Source of the DNA: Cyanobacteria bacterium P01_A01_bin.123
GTDB taxonomy: Bacteria; Cyanobacteriota; Cyanobacteriia; Phormidesmidales; Phormidesmidaceae
NCBI GenBank assembly: GCA_039815185.1
Contig: JBCBZT010000031.1
Span: 1-64,000, forward strand
Length of the DNA: 64,000 nucleotides
Direction of reading: 5' to 3'
How positions within the stretch are numbered: position 1 is the first letter of the stretch; the number at the start of each line of letters is the position of its first letter. Shown here piece after piece: positions 43,120-53,210 of this stretch. The position numbers were made by a program, and so were the translations under genes. Below the pieces are notes generated by a model, which worked only from the letters and a program-made list of their open reading frames with translations, was not told the DNA's origin and did not search any database.

Positions 43120-44241
43120 ATGGAGCCTTATAGAGTGGCAATCTTTTTACCTTCCCTGAGAGGCGGTGGGGCAGAAAAGGTTATGCTCAAACTCGCAAGT
43201 GAATTTATAAGCCTTGGCCTAAGCGTTGATTTGATTTTGGCTCAGAAAGAGGGATCCTACCTATCAGACCTGCCGGATAAGATCCGTGTTGTCAGTTTAA
43301 ATTCTTCCCGCGTTTTATTTACGCTCAGCAAGTTAGTTAAGTACCTGAAATCTGAAAAACCATATACGCTAATAGCTGCACTTAATCATGTCAATGTGGT
43401 TGCAATCTTAGCAAAACTTCTTTCGGGTGCTTCCACACATATTATTGTCACTGTACATAATTCTCTCTCAGCCACTTCTAGTAATGCGATTCGGTTAAAC
43501 GCTCGCGTGTTACCTTGGATTATCCATTTTTTGTATCCATTTGCTGACCATATTGTTGCGGTATCTTCAGGAGTGGCAGATGATCTTGCCAGCGTAACCA
43601 AGCTAAATCATAGTCAAATTCGGGTTATTTACAATCCGGTTGTTACTGATACTTTATTTGCGAAGATAGACGAACCTGTTGAGCATTCATGGTTTGGCAA
43701 TGGATTTCCTCCAGTAATATTAGCAGTTGGCAGACTCACCAGACAGAAGGACTTTGAATGCCTAATAAAGGCGTTTGATATTGCTCGTAGAGAACATGAT
43801 CTCCGACTATTGATTTTGGGAGAAGGAGAAGATCGGGAGAAACTAGAATCTCTAGCTAAAGATTTGGGACTACAACATTTCGTCGATATGCCAGGCTTTG
43901 TCAATAATCCATATGCCTACATGTCTAGATCAGCTATGTTTGTTTTGTCTTCTGCATGGGAAGGGCTTCCAACGGTTTTGATTGAAGCGATGGCAACGGG
44001 TACGCCTGTGGTTTCGACGGATTGCGTAAGTGGGCCAAGGGAGATCTTAGAAAATGGCAAGTATGGCCCTTTAGTTGAGGTTGGAAATGCTAGCGATCTT
44101 GCAGAAGCTATAAAAGGTATCTTGAAATCACCGACATCCTCTATAAATCTCAAACAAAGAGCAATGGATTTTTCTGCCCAGCAGAGCCTATCTGGCTATT
44201 TAAGCTTACTTCAGGCAGATACGTCTAATCTAGAAGTTTAA
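43120..44241 (+). CDS. Glycosyltransferase family 4
   Basis: GGGAEK, VGRLTRQKD, EGLPTVLIEAMA. Confidence 0.93.
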   Translation: MEPYRVAIFLPSLRGGGAEKVMLKLASEFISLGLSVDLILAQKEGSYLSDLPDKIRVVSLNSSRVLFTLSKLVKYLKSEKPYTLIAALNHVNVVAILAKLLSGASTHIIVTVHNSLSATSSNAIRLNARVLPWIIHFLYPFADHIVAVSSGVADDLASVTKLNHSQIRVIYNPVVTDTLFAKIDEPVEHSWFGNGFPPVILAVGRLTRQKDFECLIKAFDIARREHDLRLLILGEGEDREKLESLAKDLGLQHFVDMPGFVNNPYAYMSRSAMFVLSSAWEGLPTVLIEAMATGTPVVSTDCVSGPREILENGKYGPLVEVGNASDLAEAIKGILKSPTSSINLKQRAMDFSAQQSLSGYLSLLQADTSNLEV

Positions 44242-44270
44242 AGCAGCTAGATTCATAAATTATTGTTGAC

Positions 44271-45398
44271 ATGGAAAATGTTGATCGAATTATTTTCTTG
44301 ATTACTAGCTTAGATTTTGGTGGAGCACAAGCTCAAGTTGTTCCTTTGGCAATTCAATTGAGTAAAGCGAACTGGGCAGTTAGTATCGTATCAATGCTAG
44401 CTCCACAAGCCTTTACATCTGAGCTATGTGCTGCAGGTGTAATGGTTAAGTCTTTGGATATGAAGAGGGGATTGCCCAACCCAGGCGCGATCGCGAAACT
44501 TGCTCGTTATATTCGCGAGTTTCAACCTCAAATTGTACACAGCCATCTGGTTCATGCAAATTTGCTCGCTAGAGTTACACAAATTATTGCCCCCGTACCC
44601 GTTTTAATCTCTACTATTCACAATATCAGTGAGGGTAGACGCTGGCGCGAAATTGGCTATCGTATGACCGATCGCTGGTGTGAGGTTACAACAAGTATTA
44701 GCCAGGCAGCTCTTGAAAGATATGTTCGTATTGGAGCAGTTCCTGCTGAAAAGATTCTCCTTTTACCCAATAGCGTAGATATTGATCGCTTTTATCCCAA
44801 CGAGGATTGGAGACTAGAACTGCGTCAACAACTCAATCTGGTTGATAAATTTGTTTGGTTAGCCGTGGGGCGTTTGGAAAAGCAAAAAGATTACCCTAAC
44901 ATGCTACAAGCGTTTGCACTTGTCGTGCATCAGAGACCTGATGCACATTTAATTATTTGTGGTAAAGGGCCTTTAGAGGAGGCGCTTAAAATGCTTGCCG
45001 AACAGTTAAAAATTTCCCGGAATGTTCATTTCTTAGGTATTAGACAAGATATTCCTAAGTTAATGAATGCTGCCGATAGCTACTTGATGTCCTCGGCATG
45101 GGAAGGAATGCCAGTTGTTTTACTTGAGGCGTCTGCGTCTGGATTACCAACGGTTGCCACAGATGTAGGCGGCAATCGAGAAGTGATACGCCAAGGTGAG
45201 AGTGGTTTACTGGTAACATCCAAAAACCATGAAGCATTGGCTAATGCAATGCAAGATATTATAAATATGCCATTAGATGAAAGGGAGAAAATGGGTACTC
45301 TAGCTCGAAAGAATATCATCGAAAATTATAGTTTTCAGGTGTATATAGATAAGTGGAAAACGCTATATAAACAAATGAAACTAAGGAAAACCCAGTGA
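44271..45398 (+). CDS. Glycosyltransferase family 4
   Basis: GGAQ, VGRLEKQKD, EGMPVVLLEA. Confidence 0.93.
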   Translation: MENVDRIIFLITSLDFGGAQAQVVPLAIQLSKANWAVSIVSMLAPQAFTSELCAAGVMVKSLDMKRGLPNPGAIAKLARYIREFQPQIVHSHLVHANLLARVTQIIAPVPVLISTIHNISEGRRWREIGYRMTDRWCEVTTSISQAALERYVRIGAVPAEKILLLPNSVDIDRFYPNEDWRLELRQQLNLVDKFVWLAVGRLEKQKDYPNMLQAFALVVHQRPDAHLIICGKGPLEEALKMLAEQLKISRNVHFLGIRQDIPKLMNAADSYLMSSAWEGMPVVLLEASASGLPTVATDVGGNREVIRQGESGLLVTSKNHEALANAMQDIINMPLDEREKMGTLARKNIIENYSFQVYIDKWKTLYKQMKLRKTQ

Positions 45399-45401
45399 AT
45401 T

Positions 45402-46274
45402 ATGAATAGTGATTTCAGCATTGACTTTATATTGGTTGGACCCTTTAAAACCGGAACTTCTTGGATTTATGAATATCTAAAGCGCCACCCTCAGGTAAAT
45501 GTGCCAATTAAAGTCAAAGAAACATATTTTTTTGATAAAAAATGCTCAAAAGGAACGAGTTGGTATCTATCTCATTTTGAAAAAGGGAATAGTTCATCTA
45601 TTTTCGGAGAAGTATCACCTAGTTACTTCCATTCTATTGACGCCACTAATAGCATTTACAAAAACTATTCGAATTGTAAGATTCTTATAACTTTAAGAGA
45701 TCCTATAGAACGACTAATTTCCTATTATGGACATATGCTTCAAAGGGGAGATATTCGCTATGATATGACGTTTATTGATGCTCTTCATAAAAAGGAGATA
45801 TTAGTAGAATCTTCTAAATATTATAGCCACTTATGGAGGTGGGTAGATGTGTTTGGTAAAGAAAATGTGTATATTTTATTTTACGAGGATCTGCAAGCCT
45901 CGAATCAGCTTTTTTCGAAAACCCTTTGTAGTATTTTGGATATTGATTTTATTGATCCAAAGAAATTTGAGCTTATGGATAAAGTTAATCCAACGAAGAT
46001 CCCGACTAATTATTTTGTAGCTCGCTTGCTTACTGCGACTAACCGTTTTCTTCGACATCATGGATTTCATGGCATCGTTAATTTTGTTAAAAGAGTAGGA
46101 CTCCAGTCTTTGTTGTTTAAGCAGTCATTTAATAAAAAGACGCTGGAGATTGAGGATATGCAATATGCATTTGATCTGATTAAAGATGAGCTTCAGCTTC
46201 TGGGTAGTGAGTTTACGTTAGATATTGAAAAATGGCGCAGTAACTGGATTTATAAAGGCTTAGATGTTTTCTAG
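45402..46274 (+). CDS. Second PAPS-dependent sulfotransferase
   Basis: DFILVGPFKTGTSW, KETYFF, GEVSPSY, LRDPIERLISYY. Confidence 0.88.
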   Translation: MNSDFSIDFILVGPFKTGTSWIYEYLKRHPQVNVPIKVKETYFFDKKCSKGTSWYLSHFEKGNSSSIFGEVSPSYFHSIDATNSIYKNYSNCKILITLRDPIERLISYYGHMLQRGDIRYDMTFIDALHKKEILVESSKYYSHLWRWVDVFGKENVYILFYEDLQASNQLFSKTLCSILDIDFIDPKKFELMDKVNPTKIPTNYFVARLLTATNRFLRHHGFHGIVNFVKRVGLQSLLFKQSFNKKTLEIEDMQYAFDLIKDELQLLGSEFTLDIEKWRSNWIYKGLDVF

Positions 46275-46371
46275 TTGAGTCTCTGACATTGAAATTGCTT
46301 CAAAGTATTGAACGAACAAATCAGAACGAATAAATCAGTAAGTGGGCGCTATGTAATCCCAAGTTGAGGTT

Positions 46372-47559
46372 ATGGGCATAAGTTATACTCCGCAGCGATT
46401 TAAAGTACTGCATTTGATTACTCGCCTTGCGATTGGTGGTGCTCAAGATAACACGTTGCTTACTGTCGAAAATCACTCCCGGGAGTGCTTTGATGTTCAC
46501 CTAGCCGCTAACCCTAACGATGCCTGGTTCAGTCGTGCGCAGGAGAGTGCTGATAGTTTTCACTCACTACCTCACCTTGAGCGTGCTATTCACCCGATTA
46601 AAGATCTTCAAGCGCTATTTGCCATTATTAATCTGCTCCGCCGCGAAAAATTTGACGTTGTTCATACCCACAGTTCTAAAGCAGGTATCTTAGGCCGTAT
46701 TGCGGCTCGTGTTACAGGTGTACCTGTTGTGGTGCACACGATTCATGGCTTTCCATTTCATGACTTTATGTCGGCCTTCAAGCGACAGTTTTACACCATC
46801 CTTGAGCGCAGTATTCGTTCCTTTGCAGATTTTTATATCACTGTCTGTGAACTTAATCGACAACAAGCGATCGCCCTCAAGCTCATTTATCCTGAAGCAT
46901 CTCAGACCGTTTACAGCGGCATCAGCTTTGCAAAACTGGATCGCCCTTCTGATGCCAGGGTGACTAAACTAAGACTTAACATCTCTGATGGATGGCAAAC
47001 TATTGTTATGGTAGGGCGGCTTGATCAACAAAAGTCTCCTTCCTATCTGATAGATGCCTTGGCCAAGGTTGTTCGACAATACCCTAAAACGCTACTCCTA
47101 TTAGTCGGTGAAGGAGAACTGCGATCGCGCCTAGAGGCTCAGACTCAACACCTTGGTTTAATGGAACAGGTTCGATTTCTCGGCTCCCGAGATGATGTGC
47201 CCGAGATCCTAAAAATTGCAGATGTGTTTGCCCTTTCTTCCCTTTGGGAGGGGTTAGGCCGTGCCATGACCGAAGCGATGCTCTTGGGCAAATCCGTTGT
47301 CGTGCCAGAAATCTATGGCATTCCAGAAATCGTTCATCACCATCAGACCGGCTTACTCTTTGCCGCAGGTGATACACAACAACTGGCGAACCATCTGATT
47401 TATCTGTTGCAACATCCTGATGTGCGAGAAAAACTCGGCAAGAATGCTCAGAAGCTAACCCGCGAGCGTTTTGATGCTGCCGTAATGGTCGAACAGATTG
47501 AGGCCATTTATGACAAGCTGCTGAGCCAAAAAGGGATTGCGGTTAAACAACGCGCTTAA
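46372..47559 (+). CDS. Glycosyltransferase family 4
   Basis: GGAQ, HTHSSKAG, EGLGRAMTEAM. Confidence 0.93.
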   Translation: MGISYTPQRFKVLHLITRLAIGGAQDNTLLTVENHSRECFDVHLAANPNDAWFSRAQESADSFHSLPHLERAIHPIKDLQALFAIINLLRREKFDVVHTHSSKAGILGRIAARVTGVPVVVHTIHGFPFHDFMSAFKRQFYTILERSIRSFADFYITVCELNRQQAIALKLIYPEASQTVYSGISFAKLDRPSDARVTKLRLNISDGWQTIVMVGRLDQQKSPSYLIDALAKVVRQYPKTLLLLVGEGELRSRLEAQTQHLGLMEQVRFLGSRDDVPEILKIADVFALSSLWEGLGRAMTEAMLLGKSVVVPEIYGIPEIVHHHQTGLLFAAGDTQQLANHLIYLLQHPDVREKLGKNAQKLTRERFDAAVMVEQIEAIYDKLLSQKGIAVKQRA

Positions 47560-47577
47560 AGGAAGAGTTTTATACCG

Positions 47578-48579
47578 ATGGAGATGCCCACCCAGACTGT
47601 ATTGGTGACCGGGGCGACTGGCTTTATTGGTAGCCATTTGCTGCCTGCTTTGCATCAGGCCAATTGGCAGACGGCAGTTGCGCTGCGCTGCGCTGCTCGC
47701 CAACCTTGTAAAATGCCAGCCCAGTCCGTGATCGTTGGGGATATTGGCGAAAGAACAGACTGGCAAGCGGCATTAGCTGGCGTCTCTACAGTGATACATT
47801 TGGCTGCTCGGGCCCATCAAATCCAAGACAACTCATCCAATCCTGAAAAAGACTTTTGGCAGGTCAATACGCAAGGTACTGCAAATTTAGTCAAGCAATG
47901 TCTTGCCGCGGGCGTCCAACACTTTATTTTCCTCAGCTCCATTGGCGCGATGGCAACGCTGAGTTCCCAAGTCCTGAATGAAGATTCTCCCTGTCACCCA
48001 GATACCCCTTACGGGCGTAGCAAATTCAAGGCAGAGCAGGCCCTAATTGACCTGGCTCAAGACAGTTCTATGGCGTGGACTATCCTCCGTCCCACCCTCG
48101 TTTATGGCCCTGGTAACCCTGGCAACATGGCACGGTTAATGAAGCTCATCAATACAGGACTGCCGCTGCCTTTAGGATCTATCCAAAATCGTCGTAGCTT
48201 GCTCTATGTTGGCAACCTCGTTGACATCATTCTGCGTACGTTGATCCACCCCAATGCCCAAAATCAAATATTTCTCTGTAGCGATGGGCAAGATCTCTCA
48301 ACCTCAGCGCTGATCCAAAAGATTGCCCATTGTCGCCACCAACCCTGCCGTCTGATTGCCCTGCCGTCTGCGTGGTTAAGACTGGGCGGCAAACTCGGCG
48401 ATACGGTTCAGCAGATTTTGGGACGTCCCTTGAGCCTCAATTCCGAGACTCTGGATCGCCTGCTCGGCTCATTATGGATAGATAATTCCAAACTGCGATC
48501 GCGATTGGATTGGTCTCCCCCCTATTCCTTGGAAGCAGGATTGCGCCACACCTTTCATGGCACTGGCCAGATTGCTTAA
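47578..48579 (+). CDS. NAD-dependent epimerase/4-reductase (WbpV-like)
   Basis: TGATGFIG, HLAARAH, YGRSK, RPTLVYG, NRRSL. The last codons and the stop lie within repeat copy 5. Confidence 0.88.
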   Translation: MEMPTQTVLVTGATGFIGSHLLPALHQANWQTAVALRCAARQPCKMPAQSVIVGDIGERTDWQAALAGVSTVIHLAARAHQIQDNSSNPEKDFWQVNTQGTANLVKQCLAAGVQHFIFLSSIGAMATLSSQVLNEDSPCHPDTPYGRSKFKAEQALIDLAQDSSMAWTILRPTLVYGPGNPGNMARLMKLINTGLPLPLGSIQNRRSLLYVGNLVDIILRTLIHPNAQNQIFLCSDGQDLSTSALIQKIAHCRHQPCRLIALPSAWLRLGGKLGDTVQQILGRPLSLNSETLDRLLGSLWIDNSKLRSRLDWSPPYSLEAGLRHTFHGTGQIA

Positions 48580-48660
48580 TGCACCAGGTAACGCTGGGAT
48601 GCTCAGCACACCAGCAATCTGGCTCGCCGTAGTGCACAAAGCTTTGTGGCGATGGCTATC
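48556..48660 (-). mobile_element. 105-bp MITE-like repeat, copy 5
   Basis: Reverse strand GATAGCCATCGCCACAAAGCTTTGTGCACTAC...GCATTAAGCAATCTGGCCAGTGCCATG. Confidence 0.85.
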
Positions 48661-48789
48661 AAGACGGATTGCCATCGCTGCGGCTGTGGTGGGTATCGCG
48701 CTTGGCTTGACCTGATTAGGCCCCCGGTTTTAGGGGGGCAGCATTGCTTTTTAAGTCTCTACCCATGCAAACAGGGGAGTTAATTACTC

Positions 48790-49812
48790 ATGACGCTAGT
48801 TTTGTCTATCGTTGCCGGATTTACATTTGCGATCAGTTTGCTGAGTGTGGGCCTGATCCGCCAGCATTTGCAACATCAACTGCTTGATATTCCCAATGAA
48901 CGCAGTTCTCATACTCAACCCACGCCGCGGGGGGGGGGATTAGGGTTTATTATCGCCTTTGCGATCGCGTTTTGGGTTGCTCAATCAGTGGCCCCAAATT
49001 TGGCCGCAGGCATTGCGCCTTTGCGCTGGCTCACCTTGATCCCTTTGGTGGCCATCGGTATTCTGGATGACTGGCGCGGCCTTTCCTCGGGGCTCAGGTA
49101 CCTGATTCAACTCAGCGTGGCCGTGGCCGTGGTTTACAATTGTGGCCCATTTCCAGTTCCAGGGCTGGATCAATTGGGTGCGCCAGGGCTCTGGATCGCG
49201 CTTGGCTTGACGGTAATGGGCTTGACTGCCCTGATCAACTTTTACAACTTTATGGATGGATTGGACGGGTTAGTTGCTGGCGTCTCAGCTGTGCAGCTGA
49301 GCTTCTTAGCCCTCTGGTGTCATCAACCTGTGCTGTGGTTGTGGGTCGCTGCCCTGATGGGATTCCTCTATTGGAATTGGTCTCCCGCCAAGATCTTTAT
49401 GGGGGATGCCGGCAGTACGACATTGGGGGCAATTGTTGGCATCTCACTGCTCTCACAACCCCAGCTCGATTTGGGCTCAGCTTGGACGACGCTGGCCATT
49501 TTGCTGCCCCTAGTGGGCGATGCTATTTACACGATCTGCTGTCGCCTACTGCGGGGGGAAAATATCTTTAAGGCACATCGTAGCCATCTCTATCAACGGC
49601 TTCATCAAGCGGGGTGGCCCCATGCCCAAGTTGCAGGGCTCTACCTATCGTTGACATTGGCGATCGCGTTGGGGGTAGCGCAATTTGGTTCGGCTGCCGC
49701 CTGGGCTAGTCTTGGGGGGATACCCCTGGCGATCGCGCTGACAGAAATCCATCTCGCGACCTTCTCCCAGCTTGCAGCCCACAAGTCGCCTCGGCTGTTA
49801 AACGAGGATTAA
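48790..49812 (+). CDS. Polyprenyl-phosphate HexNAc-1-phosphate transferase (WbpL/WecA, MraY-like)
   Basis: DIPNERSSH..PTPRGGG, GILDD, NFYNFMDGLDG, IFMGDAGS, HRSHLYQRL. Confidence 0.92.
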   Translation: MTLVLSIVAGFTFAISLLSVGLIRQHLQHQLLDIPNERSSHTQPTPRGGGLGFIIAFAIAFWVAQSVAPNLAAGIAPLRWLTLIPLVAIGILDDWRGLSSGLRYLIQLSVAVAVVYNCGPFPVPGLDQLGAPGLWIALGLTVMGLTALINFYNFMDGLDGLVAGVSAVQLSFLALWCHQPVLWLWVAALMGFLYWNWSPAKIFMGDAGSTTLGAIVGISLLSQPQLDLGSAWTTLAILLPLVGDAIYTICCRLLRGENIFKAHRSHLYQRLHQAGWPHAQVAGLYLSLTLAIALGVAQFGSAAAWASLGGIPLAIALTEIHLATFSQLAAHKSPRLLNED

Positions 49813-50419
49813 ACCGCGCCCCGTTATGACCTGTGACCAACCACACTAGGGCACGCAATCCATCCCGGATCACTTTCAGCCAAGATTCATCTGAGGGGCG
49901 ATATTGAGATGGTTGAGCAACAGGCGCGATCGCAATTCCACGACTGCCAAAAATCAGTGTGGCAACCGTTTTCACCCGAGCCATATGGTAGTCAGAGGTG
50001 ATCACATAGACATGACGAATCTCCTGGGCAGTGAAATCATCCGCCAACGTGGTGAAGTGGGTCACCGTATCTGTGGCTTGCACGTCGTAGCGTACCCGAG
50101 TAGACACCTGCGCAGTTGCAAAAGCTTTTCTTACCCCAGATCGTTGGCTACAGTTGCCCGACACCCAAATTGGTAAGTCGGGATATTGCTGAGCAAATTT
50201 CGCGGCCTGTCGAACCCGATAATCCGGCCCGTCCAAAATTAAAATAGCCTGCGGTTCCGGATTTTGTTGGCGGGCCAGTGCTAGTCTCACCGCAATTAGC
50301 CCCGCGAACGATAAGGTTGCCCCAGCCCCGACTATGCCGATCAATATGAGGCGCCGCCGCCAAGACAGTTGGCACCAGCGCTTGATCCTTAAGACGCTAT
50401 TACCCACACGCTTAGCCAA
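49706..50419 (-). CDS. YdcF/DUF218 family protein
   Basis: N-terminal TM; ATDTVTHF, VITSDYHMAR. Confidence 0.85.
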   Translation of the reverse strand: MAKRVGNSVLRIKRWCQLSWRRRLILIGIVGAGATLSFAGLIAVRLALARQQNPEPQAILILDGPDYRVRQAAKFAQQYPDLPIWVSGNCSQRSGVRKAFATAQVSTRVRYDVQATDTVTHFTTLADDFTAQEIRHVYVITSDYHMARVKTVATLIFGSRGIAIAPVAQPSQYRPSDESWLKVIRDGLRALVWLVTGHNGARFNPRLTAEATCGLQAGRRSRDGFLSARSPGVSPQD

Positions 50420-50861
50420 TCAATCGAAATCCTCGAACTCCCTGGTAGCTCCTATCTCGGGCCGTCCTTCTGGTAAATTCACTCACCGACGGATTTCCCC
50501 CCGGTTGGATCACGCCGCTAACCTGCTGCCATAGGGATTCCGGGGCGGGTGAAAGCTCATAGCGATATTTGCCGCCTCGAAACTGTGAATTCTCATAGCT
50601 ACGCACATGGTACCAAGTCGTCGCTTGACACTCTGGACACCAAAACGATTCCAACCATTCGTTGGACAGGGGCACGGTGGTGCAGCTTTGGATCAACGTC
50701 AGTGCCGATCGACGCTTCATGCCACGCTGTTGCAGCTGCTCGGGCTTATCAGCAAACAACCGATACTTACGACTGGCACTATCCAGATAGCAGCCATGGA
50801 TGGGACAGTAGATTGTCCGGCGCTTCGATCGATTACGGTTGCGATCGCATCGTCTAGTCAC
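50412..50861 (-). CDS. Cys/His-rich hypothetical protein, possible Zn ribbon
   Basis: YCPIHGC and WCPECQ...WYH; tightly coupled between wzc and ydcF. Confidence 0.7.
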   Translation of the reverse strand: MTRRCDRNRNRSKRRTIYCPIHGCYLDSASRKYRLFADKPEQLQQRGMKRRSALTLIQSCTTVPLSNEWLESFWCPECQATTWYHVRSYENSQFRGGKYRYELSPAPESLWQQVSGVIQPGGNPSVSEFTRRTARDRSYQGVRGFRLIG

Positions 50862-50863
50862 AG

Positions 50864-53071
50864 CTATTCTCTCGAATTCAACAAAGAAACATCTCCTGCC
50901 TGATCAGAACTTGGATCAGCAGCCACATAAAACTCATCCGATAAATACTGCCCATAGGGTTCGTAACGGGCCAGTGTACTATTGACCACCAGCCCCAGCA
51001 CCCTTTGCTGAGACTGTTCTATTAAGGTTTTGGCATAGTCGAGGCTGTCACTGTCAGCCACATTTGGCCGCACCACCAGCAGCAATCCATCTGCCATCTT
51101 GCCAACAATTGAGGTGCTGGCCCCGCCACTGAGTGCAGGGGTATCCAGAATCACGTAGTCATACTGGGTTTGAAAATGCTGGAGTAGCGTCGTCATCCGT
51201 TGAGAATCAAGCAGCGCTGCTGGATTGGGTGGCAACACTCCCGCTGGCAACACGTCGAGGTTAGGCATGACCTCAACAATGGTTGTCTCAAGCGCAACCT
51301 GACTCACCAAGACATTACTCAAGCCACTGCGATTGGGCAGATCCCAAATCCAATGCTGAATCGGATGATGTAGATCAACATCGACCAATAACGCCTGCTT
51401 CCCTGTCTGAGCAATGGAAGCCGCTAAATTACTGGCGACGGTTGACTTGCCCTCTCTCGGGACTGAGCTCGTCACCACAATCACGTTGGGGGGATGGTCA
51501 GAATCGAGAAACTTTAGATTATTGCGAAGCATATGGTAAGCCTCGCTTGCGAGTGAGGGTTTTTCGGTACAAACCACCAGATTGGGCACGGTTCGATCGT
51601 CAGAGTCTCTATGGCGGTTGCTCTCCACCTCTTTAGCAAAGGTCGGAATCACTCCCAACACGGGTAAGTTGAATCTGAGCTTAATCTCTTCTACGGTTTT
51701 AACCGATCGATCTCGTGCTTCTAAAATCAAGGTCGTCGCCGCGGCTAATAAACCGCCTAGCAAAGCTCCAGTGACAATGTAGAGCCTTTTGCGAGGGGCA
51801 ACGGGCCCGTTGCTCAATACTGCAGCGGGCTGCACGATGCGGACATTGCCAACATTTTGGTTTTCAGCCACCCGCACGTCCTGTAACCGCTGCAATAACA
51901 GGGTGTAGGTAGACTGGGCTGCGTCCAATTTGCGCTGCAGTTCCCGTTGTTCTTGCTCAAGGCGCGGCAGCGTGCTTGCCCGCTCTAAGTAAGATGCTTC
52001 GACTTGTTGCAAAGTAGAGGCCTGATCTCTTAATCCCTGCAGCTGGGCGTCGAGACGGATATAGCTGCTGATTAAATCAGCCTCAACCGCTCCCAATTGT
52101 AAATTGACGTTATCAGGCAACGGACGTGAGCCAATGGCAGCCTGAATCTGCTGATCCAAAAGCGTATCTAGATTTGCCTGTTCTGTCTCCAAATCGACAA
52201 TAATGGGATGCTGATCATGAAACCGGACTCGCTCAGTCGCCAAAGTGGATTCAACCGCTTGATAGTCTTCTAAGACCTGTTGAACGCCACCCGATTGACT
52301 GACAGCTGTTGCCACCAAAGCCGCTTGTGGATTGCGGCCTAATCGAGCATTTAAGGTATCAAACTGAGTTTCTGCATCAGCTAACTGGGATGACACATCG
52401 GTCATCTTCGCCTGCAAGTCTTCCAATAAGGAAACCGTTGAGAGCGCTTCTGCTTCCAAGGCAACCACCTGATTCTGCTCCTTAAAAGCTCGTAGTGCTG
52501 CATCTGCTTGTCGCGCCCGGTCTTCAGCCGCTGGCAGCTGGTCTTCAATGAATTCTCTGGCCGCTGCTGCTTCGGCCCGGTTGGCTAATAAATGCGCATC
52601 CAAATAAACTGACATCAACGTGTCGATAGCGCGCTTTGCGGCTTCGACATCGGGTGACTTGTAAGCCACGTTGAGGATAGCGGTGCCCCGTTCATGGCTA
52701 ATCTCAAGGTTGCCAAGAAATTGTTTAGGGGTGATCGGGTTTCCCTCCGCGTCTTTGAGATCTAATCGATCAATTACTTCTTGAATCACCGGAACCGTGC
52801 GAATGACACCGATTTCGGTTGCGACTGGGTTGTCAGTAATGTTCAGCGCCTCAAGTTGCCCCAGCTCGTCTCCGAGTCCCGTTAGGGCTGCTGTGGCGTC
52901 ATGGCTCTTAAATCTGAGTTTTCCTTCCGCTTCGTAAATGGGCGTCTGCAAGAGGCCTAACGTGCTGACCATCACAATGGTGCTGGCAAAAACCAGCGAT
53001 GCCGGTAGCCAACGTCGCTGCAGAATCTGCCAATATTGGTCAATCCCGATTTCTGAGTCTGCTGCTTGCAT
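50864..53071 (-). CDS. wzc: Polysaccharide co-polymerase / tyrosine kinase (Wzc/GumC)
   Basis: Two TM segments with coiled coil; SSVPREGKST, VDVDL, ILDTP, Tyr-containing tail. Confidence 0.93.
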   Translation of the reverse strand: MQAADSEIGIDQYWQILQRRWLPASLVFASTIVMVSTLGLLQTPIYEAEGKLRFKSHDATAALTGLGDELGQLEALNITDNPVATEIGVIRTVPVIQEVIDRLDLKDAEGNPITPKQFLGNLEISHERGTAILNVAYKSPDVEAAKRAIDTLMSVYLDAHLLANRAEAAAAREFIEDQLPAAEDRARQADAALRAFKEQNQVVALEAEALSTVSLLEDLQAKMTDVSSQLADAETQFDTLNARLGRNPQAALVATAVSQSGGVQQVLEDYQAVESTLATERVRFHDQHPIIVDLETEQANLDTLLDQQIQAAIGSRPLPDNVNLQLGAVEADLISSYIRLDAQLQGLRDQASTLQQVEASYLERASTLPRLEQEQRELQRKLDAAQSTYTLLLQRLQDVRVAENQNVGNVRIVQPAAVLSNGPVAPRKRLYIVTGALLGGLLAAATTLILEARDRSVKTVEEIKLRFNLPVLGVIPTFAKEVESNRHRDSDDRTVPNLVVCTEKPSLASEAYHMLRNNLKFLDSDHPPNVIVVTSSVPREGKSTVASNLAASIAQTGKQALLVDVDLHHPIQHWIWDLPNRSGLSNVLVSQVALETTIVEVMPNLDVLPAGVLPPNPAALLDSQRMTTLLQHFQTQYDYVILDTPALSGGASTSIVGKMADGLLLVVRPNVADSDSLDYAKTLIEQSQQRVLGLVVNSTLARYEPYGQYLSDEFYVAADPSSDQAGDVSLLNSRE

Positions 53072-53210
53072 AGCTGTACCTAATGTCGATTGATCAAAAC
53101 ATCAAATATCAAATAAAGAACTAAACTGCATTCGATTTGAAAATTGGAATCTTTTAGCTTAGGGAAACTTCGGATCTGCACATAGCCAAGGTTGAGCTGC
53201 CTCAACTCAA

